Origin: Candidatus Moranbacteria bacterium UBA1362
GTDB taxonomy: Bacteria > Patescibacteriota > Minisyncoccia > Moranbacterales > GWC2-37-73
NCBI GenBank assembly: GCA_002306085.1
Contig: DBRS01000008.1
Span: 1-51,399, forward strand
Length of the DNA: 51,399 nucleotides
Direction of reading: 5' to 3'
The notes under the pieces are model-generated. The model saw nothing but the letters and a program-made list of their open reading frames with translations, did no database searches and was not told the origin of the DNA. The translations under genes were made by a program, and so were the position numbers. This document shows positions 43,691-51,399 of this stretch, one piece after another. Each line of letters opens with the position of its first letter. Positions within the stretch are counted from its first letter, which is position 1.

Positions 43691-44521
43691 TTACTTCTTA
43701 TGTCTTCTTTTTACTATAAATTTATCGCTATACTTTTTCTTTTTTCTCGTTTTCTTTCCAAGCGCCGGCTTTCCCCAAGGAGTTTTCGGGTTCTTCAAAC
43801 CGATTCCCTGTCTTCCTTCTCCTCCTCCATGCGGGTGATCAACCGGATTCATTGCGCTTCCGCGAACCGCAGGTCTTTTCCCCATCCATCTGCCTCTCCC
43901 GGCTTTTCCGATACTCATCGCTGAATGTTCAAAATTGCTTACTCTTCCAATCGTGGCGAAATTTTCGCTGCTTACCACTCTTATTTCTCCTGAAGGCATC
44001 TTTAGCTGCGCCATTTTTCCGTCAATAGCCCTGAGTGTTGCTCCACTTCCGGCACTCCTGATGATTTGCCCTCCTCTGCCGGAAATCAACTCCACATTTG
44101 AAACGATCGTACCGTAAGGAATATTTTTAAGAGCCGTTCTGTTGCCTTCCTTGATCGGCGCATTGAAAGACGACAAAATCTTTCCTCCCGCCTTCATTCC
44201 TTCTGTTGCCAGTATATATCTTTTGTCTCCATCATTATATGAAATCAAAGCTATCAAAGCACTCCTGTTTGGATCCTTTTCTATAGCAACGATCCTGCCT
44301 GGAATATCAAATTTCTGCTGTTTAAAATCAATAAGCCTGTAGCGTCTTTTGTGCCCGCCTCCCTGATGCCTTACCGCAATTTTTCCATTTGATCTTCCAG
44401 CCTTGTTTTTGATCGGAGCAAGCAAAGACTTCTCCGGCTTTTTATCGGTAAGTTCATCTGGCTTCACAATCGACATATTTCTTCTGCCAGCAGTATTCTT
44501 TTTGTAAACCTTTATGGACAT
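43691..44521 (-). CDS. rplB: 50S ribosomal protein uL2
   Basis: [15 protein letters not shown] and [13 protein letters not shown]. Confidence 0.99.
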   Translation of the reverse strand: MSIKVYKKNTAGRRNMSIVKPDELTDKKPEKSLLAPIKNKAGRSNGKIAVRHQGGGHKRRYRLIDFKQQKFDIPGRIVAIEKDPNRSALIALISYNDGDKRYILATEGMKAGGKILSSFNAPIKEGNRTALKNIPYGTIVSNVELISGRGGQIIRSAGSGATLRAIDGKMAQLKMPSGEIRVVSSENFATIGRVSNFEHSAMSIGKAGRGRWMGKRPAVRGSAMNPVDHPHGGGEGRQGIGLKNPKTPWGKPALGKKTRKKKKYSDKFIVKRRHKK

Positions 44522-44589
44522 ATGTTCTCTAATCTATTCTAATTTTACCATTAATTATCTCCAGCTTTTTTATTCGCTATTTCTATTCT
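44522..44589. repeat. Family A spacer element, copy 8 (rplW-rplB, truncated distal arm)
   Basis: TCTCTAATCTATTCTAATTTTACCATTAATTATCTCC then TTATTCGC. Confidence 0.8.
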
Positions 44590-44973
44590 CTATGCTCCTT
44601 TGAACAACTCTATTTTATCGCCTTTCTTTAATGTGACCGTCGCTTTTCTCATTCCTTGTTTTATCGCCAAATGTCTTCCGTATGATTTCATTTTCGCCTT
44701 GGTATTAACTACGGTGACTTTCTTCACTTTTACGTCATATATGCCTTCAATCGCCGTTTTTATCTGCTTTTTCGTTGCGCCCTTAGCAACCTTGAATGAA
44801 TATTTATCATTGCTGATAGCGCTGTGCGTCTTCTCCGTTATCCACGGCTCTACCAAAACCTTGCTGGAAATGGCAACATTGATGTCAAAAGCAGAGTTGT
44901 CTTCTTTTTTCGACAATTCTTTCGCAACCCTTTTTGCTTTTTTATCATCTCTCTTTGTTTCAACAATTGCCAT
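44590..44973 (-). CDS. rplW: 50S ribosomal protein uL23 with an N-terminal extension
   Basis: P-x-ITEK, ATKxQIKxAIE and KATVTLK. Confidence 0.95.
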   Translation of the reverse strand: MAIVETKRDDKKAKRVAKELSKKEDNSAFDINVAISSKVLVEPWITEKTHSAISNDKYSFKVAKGATKKQIKTAIEGIYDVKVKKVTVVNTKAKMKSYGRHLAIKQGMRKATVTLKKGDKIELFKGA

Positions 44974-45055
44974 AATATTATTCCTATCACAAATTAACTT
45001 TAATCTATAAATGAATTCTCACTAATCACTTGCGTTCATTGACAAATTGAAAGAA

Positions 45056-45691
45056 TTAGATCTTGTTGCCAAACTTCTTTTCCAGAAAATTTATCGATTC
45101 CTTGCTTAATAGCAAATATTTGTTATTTAGCAAATCCATTACATTCAAATCCTTTGTGAAAATATTTTTGACACTTCTGATGTTTCTGCTAGCCAAAACA
45201 CTTTCCTTTTCAGTGTCAGCAAAAGAAACCAAAACTTTGCCTTTAATCTTTAGTTTTTCCAGAATTCCCGCAAATGTTTTAGTTTTAGGCTTCTCCAGCT
45301 TCAGAAAATCCAATGCTATCAATTCCTTGCTTCGTAATTTATCGCTAAGCGCGATTCTTACGGCTTTCTGTTTCATTTTACTGTTCAGATTTCTCTTAAA
45401 ATTCCTTTCGCTTGTAGGTCCAAAAGATATTCCCCCGCCTTTCATTATCGGGTTTCTTTTCTGTCCTTGTCTGGCGCTTCCTGTTCCTTTTTGCCTAAAT
45501 GGTTTCTTTCCGCTTCCTGCCACTTGTCCCTTGCCTTTCGTATGTGCTATCGAACTTCTCTGATTCCCTGAAATCACCATGAAAACTTGATGGAGAAGCT
45601 TATCATTTTTCTTCTCATTGAAAACAGAATCTGAAACTTTCAGATCTTCAATTTTCTTGCCGTCAAAATTGTGAATAGCTATCGTTGCCAT
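45056..45691 (-). CDS. rplD: 50S ribosomal protein uL4
   Basis: TK-x3-V-x-GSGKKPFRQKGTGxAR and GG-x2-FGP. Confidence 0.97.
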   Translation of the reverse strand: MATIAIHNFDGKKIEDLKVSDSVFNEKKNDKLLHQVFMVISGNQRSSIAHTKGKGQVAGSGKKPFRQKGTGSARQGQKRNPIMKGGGISFGPTSERNFKRNLNSKMKQKAVRIALSDKLRSKELIALDFLKLEKPKTKTFAGILEKLKIKGKVLVSFADTEKESVLASRNIRSVKNIFTKDLNVMDLLNNKYLLLSKESINFLEKKFGNKI

Positions 45692-45811
45692 ATTTAATCT
45701 TTATATCTAACTAAAATACAAACCTCATTGCAAATTTACAAATATACGAAACGCTTTTAATTTGTTTTTATACATTCGCAAATCTGCAATTGATTCGTAA
45801 TTCGTTAGAGC
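45692..45811. repeat. Periodic imperfect palindrome, family C (rplC-rplD spacer)
   Basis: CAAAT/TACGAA units versus ATTCGCA/ATTCGTA units; inverted match to the rplJ element. Confidence 0.75.
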
Positions 45812-46372
45812 TTATCCTCTTATTTCAACTATTCTTCCGACAACTCCAGGCACTCCTCCGAGAACTGCCAAAATTTTTCTTTTTGGGTCTACATGGGCAA
45901 TTTTCATATTTTTCACGGTAACTCTTTCTCCTCCCATGCGCCCGGCCATCTTTTTCCCTTTGATAACATGCTGCGGCTGCTGCGCACCGATTGATCCGGG
46001 AGCCCTGTGATCATGCTTGTGGCCGTGTGTCTGCGGAGCTCCTTTAAAACCATGCCTTTTCATGGCGCCCTGGAAGCCCTTGGCTTTGGAAATTCCGCTT
46101 ACTTTCACAATGTCTCCAACTTGAAAATTTTCAACCGTAACTTTGCCGCCTATTTCTATCGATTCATCACTCTCAAGGCGAAATTCTTTGCGGTGAACTC
46201 GCTTTTTGGTTTTTAGAATCTCAAGCTGAACAGAAGAATAGCCGTTTTTCTCTTTGCTCCTTACGGCTGAAATGGTGTTTGGCTGACACTCAATTAGCGT
46301 CACACTCAAAGCCCCCTGTTTCTTGTCATACAGCGTCGTCATTCCCAATTTTTTTCCGAGGATACACTTCAT
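45812..46372 (-). CDS. rplC: 50S ribosomal protein uL3
   Basis: GKKLGMT, GYxxVQ, KAKGFQG, PGSIG and GKKMAGRMG. Confidence 0.97.
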   Translation of the reverse strand: MKCILGKKLGMTTLYDKKQGALSVTLIECQPNTISAVRSKEKNGYSSVQLEILKTKKRVHRKEFRLESDESIEIGGKVTVENFQVGDIVKVSGISKAKGFQGAMKRHGFKGAPQTHGHKHDHRAPGSIGAQQPQHVIKGKKMAGRMGGERVTVKNMKIAHVDPKRKILAVLGGVPGVVGRIVEIRG

Positions 46373-46465
46373 ATTCTCTAATCTACTCTAATTTATCATT
46401 AATTATCTCCAATTCTTTTTCGCGATTATCCAAAATACGATTCGCGTGGATTGGTGATTTTATCA
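46373..46465. repeat. Family A spacer element, copy 9 (upstream of rplC)
   Basis: TCTCTAATCTACTCTAATTTATCATTAATTATCTCCAAT arm plus TTCGCGATT/ATTCGCG arm. Confidence 0.85.
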
Positions 46466-46648
46466 ATAAAAATACTGGCCTCAAGCCAGCACATCAGGGT
46501 TAATCCTGATTAGCTAGTTGAGTATCCAGCTCTTTGCAAGCAAAGAAACTGGACTTTAACTAGTTGCATACTAATGCGAAACTGCGAATACTCTCCGAGC
46601 GAACACATAAGGCTTTTGGAGAGCGCTTTCGCGGCACGCTTTCAAATG
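46466..46648 (-). ncRNA. Candidate cis-regulatory leader/attenuator between rpsJ and rplC
   Basis: At least five hairpins, ending in GCUGGC-UUGAG-GCCAGU-AUUUUU. Confidence 0.55.
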
Positions 46649-46978
46649 CTACATCTTTATTTCTACATCAACCCCGGCAGGCAAATCCAAACTTGTCAGA
46701 TTTTCAATAGTCTTCGGTGTCGGATTCCAGATATCAATCAATCTTTTGTGGATTCTCATTTCATATTGATCGCGCGCGTCCTTATCCACGAATGTCGCTC
46801 TATTGACAGTAATCTTATGAATTTCCGTTGGAAGCGGAACCGGACCCGTTATTTTCGATCCTGATCTTTCCGCAGTTTCCACGATTTTGCGCGCTGATTG
46901 GTCTATAACCTTATTGTCGTACGCTTTAATCTTGATCCTGATTCTTGTTGATTGATCTGTGTCTTTTTTCGCAGCCAT
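46649..46978 (-). CDS. rpsJ: 30S ribosomal protein uS10
   Basis: [15 protein letters not shown] and HKRLIDI. Confidence 0.98.
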   Translation of the reverse strand: MAAKKDTDQSTRIRIKIKAYDNKVIDQSARKIVETAERSGSKITGPVPLPTEIHKITVNRATFVDKDARDQYEMRIHKRLIDIWNPTPKTIENLTSLDLPAGVDVEIKM

Positions 46979-47049
46979 CGAGGTACTTTACTTCTTTTAA
47001 TAAATAACGACTTAATTTTTTAGCCACTTGTTGCATCAAGTGAACACAA

Positions 47050-47075
47050 GCAGACATATTGTACAATATGTCTGC
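47050..47075 (-). terminator. Perfect 26-nt palindrome after tuf (terminator or processing hairpin)
   Basis: GCAGACATATTGTACAATATGTCTGC; weak U-tract. Confidence 0.6.
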
Positions 47076-47090
47076 ATAGTTTACTCGAGG

Positions 47091-48281
47091 TTATTTTAGA
47101 ATCTTGGTTACTGCTCCCGCTCCCACAGTTTTTCCTCCTTCACGAATCGCAAATCGCATTCCTTCTGACATGGCAACCGGAGCAATAAGTTTAATCTTTA
47201 GGTTAACGGTATCTCCGGGCATAACCATTTCGGTTCCTTCCGGCAAAATAACTTCTCCCGTAACATCGGTTGTTCTCACATAAAACTGCGGCTTGTATCC
47301 TTTGAAAAATGGAGTATGCCTTCCGCCTTCTTCTTTTGTCAAAACGTATATTTCACCTTCAAATTCGGTGTGAGGAGTGATTGAGCCCGGTTTCGCAAGA
47401 ACCTGTCCGCGGGCAACATCTTCCTTCTTGATTCCGCGAAGCAGAAGTCCGGCATTATCGCCAGCTTGTCCTTTGTCGAGAGATTTATTGAACATTTCCA
47501 CTCCGGTAACAACTGTTTTTGTTGTAGGTTTAAGCCCGACAATTTCAACTTCCTCGTTCAAATTGATAACGCCACTCTCAATTCTTCCGGTAACAACAGT
47601 TCCGCGTCCTTCAATCGAAAAAATGTCTTCGATAGGCATAAGAAACGGCTTGTCAATGTCACGAACTGGTTCAGGAATCTTTGTATCAAGAGCCTGGATG
47701 AGTTCAAGTATGGGTTTAGCATCAGCATCATCAGCCGATTTGGCTTCAAGAGCCTTGAGAGCTGATCCTCGAACAACTGAAGCATTGTCACCATCAAATT
47801 CATATTTCGAAAGCAATTCTCTCACTTCTGCTTCAACAAGGTCAATAAGCTCAGGATCGTCAACCATATCAACTTTGTTGATGAAAACTACTATCGCAGG
47901 CACACCGATCTGGCGAGCCAAAAGTATATGCTCACGAGTCTGCGGCATAGGTCCATCAGTTGCGCTTACAACCAGAATTGACCCGTCCATCTGGGCAGCA
48001 CCCGTAATCATGTTCTTGATGTAGTCGGCGTGTCCGGGACAATCAACATGCGCATAGTGTCTTGTGTCAGATTCATATTCACAGTGCGATGTAGCAATGG
48101 TGATTCCACGCTCTTTTTCTTCCGGAGCATTATCGATTTCAGCAACATTTTTTTCTTTTGCAAAGCCCTTAAGGCTCAAGACATGCAAAATAGCCGCGGT
48201 AAGAGTGGTCTTGCCATGGTCGACATGTCCGATTGTTCCCACGTTCACATGGGATTTTGTTCGTTCAAATTTACCCGCCAT
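47091..48281 (-). CDS. tuf: Elongation factor Tu
   Basis: [25 protein letters not shown] and FAIREGG. Confidence 0.99.
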   Translation of the reverse strand: MAGKFERTKSHVNVGTIGHVDHGKTTLTAAILHVLSLKGFAKEKNVAEIDNAPEEKERGITIATSHCEYESDTRHYAHVDCPGHADYIKNMITGAAQMDGSILVVSATDGPMPQTREHILLARQIGVPAIVVFINKVDMVDDPELIDLVEAEVRELLSKYEFDGDNASVVRGSALKALEAKSADDADAKPILELIQALDTKIPEPVRDIDKPFLMPIEDIFSIEGRGTVVTGRIESGVINLNEEVEIVGLKPTTKTVVTGVEMFNKSLDKGQAGDNAGLLLRGIKKEDVARGQVLAKPGSITPHTEFEGEIYVLTKEEGGRHTPFFKGYKPQFYVRTTDVTGEVILPEGTEMVMPGDTVNLKIKLIAPVAMSEGMRFAIREGGKTVGAGAVTKILK

Positions 48282-48458
48282 ATTGATTTTTGTCGCGAAA
48301 CGCTATGGCTTTCGAAAAGCCAAACATATCGCACGTTATAAGATAACTTTTTATGAATTGTATGAATTGATTAATTCAGTCCTCTCAAAACCGCGCTTGT
48401 TATACCTTTTTTCAGGCAAACACAAAAATCTCCTTTGTCTAAAAACAGTACATTGCTT

Positions 48459-48486
48459 ATTCTACACGATAAATAAAACTTGTCAA
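48459..48486 (-). promoter_or_regulatory. Putative tuf promoter
   Basis: TTGACA, 16-nt spacer, TAGAAT on the minus strand. Confidence 0.6.
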
Positions 48487-48587
48487 GAGTCATTACCATA
48501 CCCGCCAGTACACCCCCGAAATGTGAAAAATGACATATGGCAGGAAAAATTTGAAACATCTGTCCAGCTAAACAACGCCTGTGCATC

Positions 48588-49697
48588 CTATTCTTGATTC
48601 ATTTGGAAAATAAGCCCCTTAAAATTTTTGGCTATCTGCTGAAGAACGGTATCTTTAGGAATTGGAGTTCGGAGAGAATAATCCTTGGAAACCGCCAAAT
48701 TGCCGTTTTCATCTTCCGAGATTACCTTAAAATAATATACCGTTCCAGCCTTCAATGTTGTCAGAACAGCCGCATGTTTTATTGTTTTTTTATCGCTTAT
48801 GACTATTTTTTTTCTTTCGCCGTTAGTCCCTTCGCTATACTCAAGCACCGTCGTTGCCGGAAAATTTGTTTTCCATGAAATTATTGTCTGCACCTTGTTC
48901 TGAGGCTGCAGATGATTTTCGTTTTGGACGTTAGAAATTTTAAGAGTCTTGTCTTCTTCTGTTGCTTCTTCAGCATCATCAATACTTTCGACATTTGTAA
49001 AATCTGTTTGCTGAACGACCGCGTTTTCATAAAAACTTTCCTTGTTTTCCTGTTGAAGCACAATCATGTTCCGAATTTCATCTGTTGTACATTTGGGAAT
49101 AATAGGTTCTCCGGTGGTAAAAACCTTGATTGGATCTTTTCCTTCTCCCCAGGAAAATACTTTCTTTGCGTTGGAAAAGTCGGCTGAATCAGAAGCAACA
49201 ATTTGGAAATAGTACTGATTCCCTTCCTTGAGATTATTTATCGGTATCATGTGCGTAACCGCATAGTCGGATTCTTCGCTTTTTGCCACCATTTTTTTAA
49301 GATTTTCGTCTTCATAAACTTCCACATAAGCCTTGGTCGCAAGCGGTTTTTTCGCATCCCTCGCGTTGAGTGTTTTGAAAATAACAGTAGCTTGATTTTT
49401 TGAAACGTTTCCGATCAAAATATCTCCACGCCCGCTTGGAATATATATCTCCGCCTTATAGGTAACAGGAAGAATTGCGGGACCTATTACGACCCCCAAG
49501 AGCAAAAGTACTATTCCACCAACAAAAGACATGAATATTTTTCGCACCTTCTTTTGGTGCTTTTTGAGCTGAGTGTAGGAATAGAATTTCTTTTTCCCGC
49601 TATGCGATAGAATAATTTGGTTTTCAGCCGCGCCGAAAAAAATCATGCTAAAATATTCTTCCAAAAACGCAATCAATCGTTTCATGTTTTTTTTCAT
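48588..49697 (-). CDS. Membrane-anchored protein with Fn3/purple-acid-phosphatase-N-like domains
   Basis: One TM helix, then two beta-sandwich repeats (H-x5-L-x2-G-x2-Y(Y)F; ISWxT...YYFKV). Confidence 0.78.
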   Translation of the reverse strand: MKKNMKRLIAFLEEYFSMIFFGAAENQIILSHSGKKKFYSYTQLKKHQKKVRKIFMSFVGGIVLLLLGVVIGPAILPVTYKAEIYIPSGRGDILIGNVSKNQATVIFKTLNARDAKKPLATKAYVEVYEDENLKKMVAKSEESDYAVTHMIPINNLKEGNQYYFQIVASDSADFSNAKKVFSWGEGKDPIKVFTTGEPIIPKCTTDEIRNMIVLQQENKESFYENAVVQQTDFTNVESIDDAEEATEEDKTLKISNVQNENHLQPQNKVQTIISWKTNFPATTVLEYSEGTNGERKKIVISDKKTIKHAAVLTTLKAGTVYYFKVISEDENGNLAVSKDYSLRTPIPKDTVLQQIAKNFKGLIFQMNQE

Positions 49698-49730
49698 ACT
49701 TTTGTGTTTGTATTTGTGGTTAACGAAAGA

Positions 49731-50888
49731 TTACATGATAAATCCGATCTTTTCCTTCACTTCTTTTATTTTTTTCTCGGCAAGCGGACGGGCTTTCTCC
49801 GCGCCTTCTTCAAGAATTTTCAAAACCTCTTCATTCGAAAAATCCTTGAATTTCTTTTGGAAGGGCTCGAGAAATTTTATTATTTCTTCTGACAGGTCGT
49901 TTTTGAAATCAGCATAGCCTCTGCCTGCATACATTTTTTCAATTTCTTTTGAAGTTTTTTCTGAAAATGCTGAATATATATTGATAAGATTTTTGAGTGC
50001 AGGCTTGTCGTCGCTGTAAACTATTTCGTTTCCGCTGTCCGTGACGGCTTTTTTGATTTTTTTCTTGACCGTTTCAGCATCATCAAGAAGTCCGATGTAG
50101 TTGTATTCGGATGTCGCCGATTTTGACATCTTTTTTGACGGATCATCCAAACCCATGATTCTCATGCTTTCTTTAGTGATATGCGACTCCGGCACGACAA
50201 AAGTTTCGCCAAACTTGCTGTTGAACCTTTTCGCCAAAGTTCTTGTCAGCTCCACATGTTGCAACTGGTCCTCACCGACGGGAACAACCTCAGTGTCATA
50301 CAAAAGAATATCTGCCGCCATCAGAACTGGATAATCAAAAAGACCGACGCCTGGTGAATTAAATCTCTCGATTATAAATTTTTTATAAACATCGGCAGCA
50401 GCATGTGTTGCAGTTTTATAAACAGCATCTATGGCTGCCTCCTTATCTTGTAAAAGAAACAATTTTTCTAATTGATCTGTTCTTATAAAATCTTTAAGCT
50501 TCCTATCTCCTAACTCTCTCAATTGTTTTTCAAAAAACTCAAAGTCTAATCCAGTCTTATCTTTAAATTGAGTCATTTTATTAAGATCTCCATTTTTTGT
50601 AAGTGTATTCAATATCCACATAAGTTCCGCATGTTCTTTCACATGCGACTGGATGAATATTGCAGATTTTTTAGGGTCAATTCCCGCAGCAAGATATATC
50701 TTGGCAATTTCCAAAGTTTTCTCGCGCAAAACTTCGGGATCTTGCGGAATCGTGATCGCATGCATATCAACAACGCAGAAAATGGACTCGTACTCGTCCT
50801 GAAGTTTCACCCAATTTTTGATCGCGCCCAGATAGTTTCCGATATGCAGTTTTCCGCTCGGTTGTACGCCCGAAAAAATTCGCGCCAT
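49731..50888 (-). CDS. trpS: Tryptophan--tRNA ligase with an internal insertion
   Basis: SGxQPSGxLHIGNY, YPVLMAADIL, VPVGEDQ and KMSKS. Confidence 0.97.
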   Translation of the reverse strand: MARIFSGVQPSGKLHIGNYLGAIKNWVKLQDEYESIFCVVDMHAITIPQDPEVLREKTLEIAKIYLAAGIDPKKSAIFIQSHVKEHAELMWILNTLTKNGDLNKMTQFKDKTGLDFEFFEKQLRELGDRKLKDFIRTDQLEKLFLLQDKEAAIDAVYKTATHAAADVYKKFIIERFNSPGVGLFDYPVLMAADILLYDTEVVPVGEDQLQHVELTRTLAKRFNSKFGETFVVPESHITKESMRIMGLDDPSKKMSKSATSEYNYIGLLDDAETVKKKIKKAVTDSGNEIVYSDDKPALKNLINIYSAFSEKTSKEIEKMYAGRGYADFKNDLSEEIIKFLEPFQKKFKDFSNEEVLKILEEGAEKARPLAEKKIKEVKEKIGFIM

Positions 50889-51031
50889 AAAACAAAAATC
50901 TAGTAAGATATGATTATCATTGTTTTAATATTACCTAAAGTTGCTTCTTTTTGCAACAAAAAATTTCAACCAGTCTTAAAAAGTTGAAATTTTTTTGAAT
51001 CTTGAAACAGAAATTAAATTTTATTTTATGC

Positions 51032-51399
51032 TCAGCTCACATTTAATCCGCTAGGTGCAGCTGGTGGAGTGGTGTCTCCAGTTTCACCACTTTCATTTCC
51101 CTGATAATCGACAGCCGTCACTTTGTATTGCGTCGAACCATCCTGATTCCCGAGCCAATCGACATAGGTAAACGCTCCATCCTGATCATAGTCAAATGTC
51201 GCGGGAATTGAAGCTATGCGACGTTGTTGAATTGCTGAAGGCTCCGATCCGTCTTGCGCATATATATTATAGTAACGCACATTATCGCCATTTGCAGGCG
51301 CATTCCATGAAATCACATATTGTCCATCGGCAGTAGCAGGTGATTGTCCATGCGCATAAGCTACGTTTGAAGGGTTCCCTGGCCGCGCGGTTTCGAAAT
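51032..51399 (-). CDS. C-terminal part of an extracellular Fn3-domain protein (partial, starts beyond the window)
   Basis: Frame open from the edge (FETARPGNPSNVAYAH...ISWNAP...YNIY...YKVTAVDxxGNES...DTTPPAAPSGL). Confidence 0.8.
   Translation of the reverse strand, partial: FETARPGNPSNVAYAHGQSPATADGQYVISWNAPANGDNVRYYNIYAQDGSEPSAIQQRRIASIPATFDYDQDGAFTYVDWLGNQDGSTQYKVTAVDYQGNESGETGDTTPPAAPSGLNVS

Noticed and set aside
37217-46465. Recurrent intergenic repeats as a CRISPR array
   Set aside because: Copies are separated by whole ribosomal genes, are degenerate and internally periodic; there is no repeat-spacer regularity and no cas gene.
48371-48586. 71-aa ORF upstream of tuf
   Set aside because: It overlaps the tuf promoter, has no recognisable motif, and is most likely non-coding.
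50385-50565. Intein or self-splicing intron in trpS
   Set aside because: The segment is too short, in frame, and lacks N-terminal Cys/Ser and C-terminal His-Asn or intron core elements.
139-50903. The many ORF-track entries antisense to or overlapping recognised genes (e.g. 139-513, 10170-10940, 28149-28820, 47377-48024)
   Set aside because: They are shadow frames of genes with clear family motifs and have no motifs or start signals of their own.
1-51399. Alternative genetic code (UGA=Gly) or selenocysteine use
   Set aside because: Conserved genes such as rplR end at TGA at the expected length, and no conserved gene needs read-through.

Overview
A gene-dense, AT-rich bacterial core-genome window read in the standard genetic code (TGA used as stop). 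Several features point to a Patescibacteria/CPR (Parcubacteria-type) host, which is inference: rpmD/uL30 is missing from the spc operon, housekeeping starts lack Shine-Dalgarno (SD) motifs, and several CPR-typical hypothetical families are present. Contents from left to right: mixed housekeeping and membrane genes (tsaC, YbhB, SpoIIM-like, MGMT, GtrA, dnaX, tRNA-Gln followed by a decayed GIY-YIG gene, GT4, cardiolipin synthase); rpsP and an L10-leader-rplJ-rplL unit; mutT, HU and a short hinge-less SMC; a 0.75-kb ORF-free gap holding two promoter-to-terminator structured-RNA candidates; a [NiFe]-hydrogenase locus (large and small subunits, reduced HypA and HypF, HypCDE) set among glycolytic genes (gap, fba, tpi); galT, GT2, ruvX, map and adk; the tuf-S10-spc ribosomal cluster; trpS and two Fn3-type surface proteins. 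The most striking unexplained structure is a family of roughly 90-nt periodic, imperfect-palindromic elements filling at least nine ribosomal-operon spacers, each abutting a start codon. Related periodic families flank secY, rplJ and rplD. There is no CRISPR array, rRNA gene or intact transposase. All family calls come from motif recognition, with no database search.
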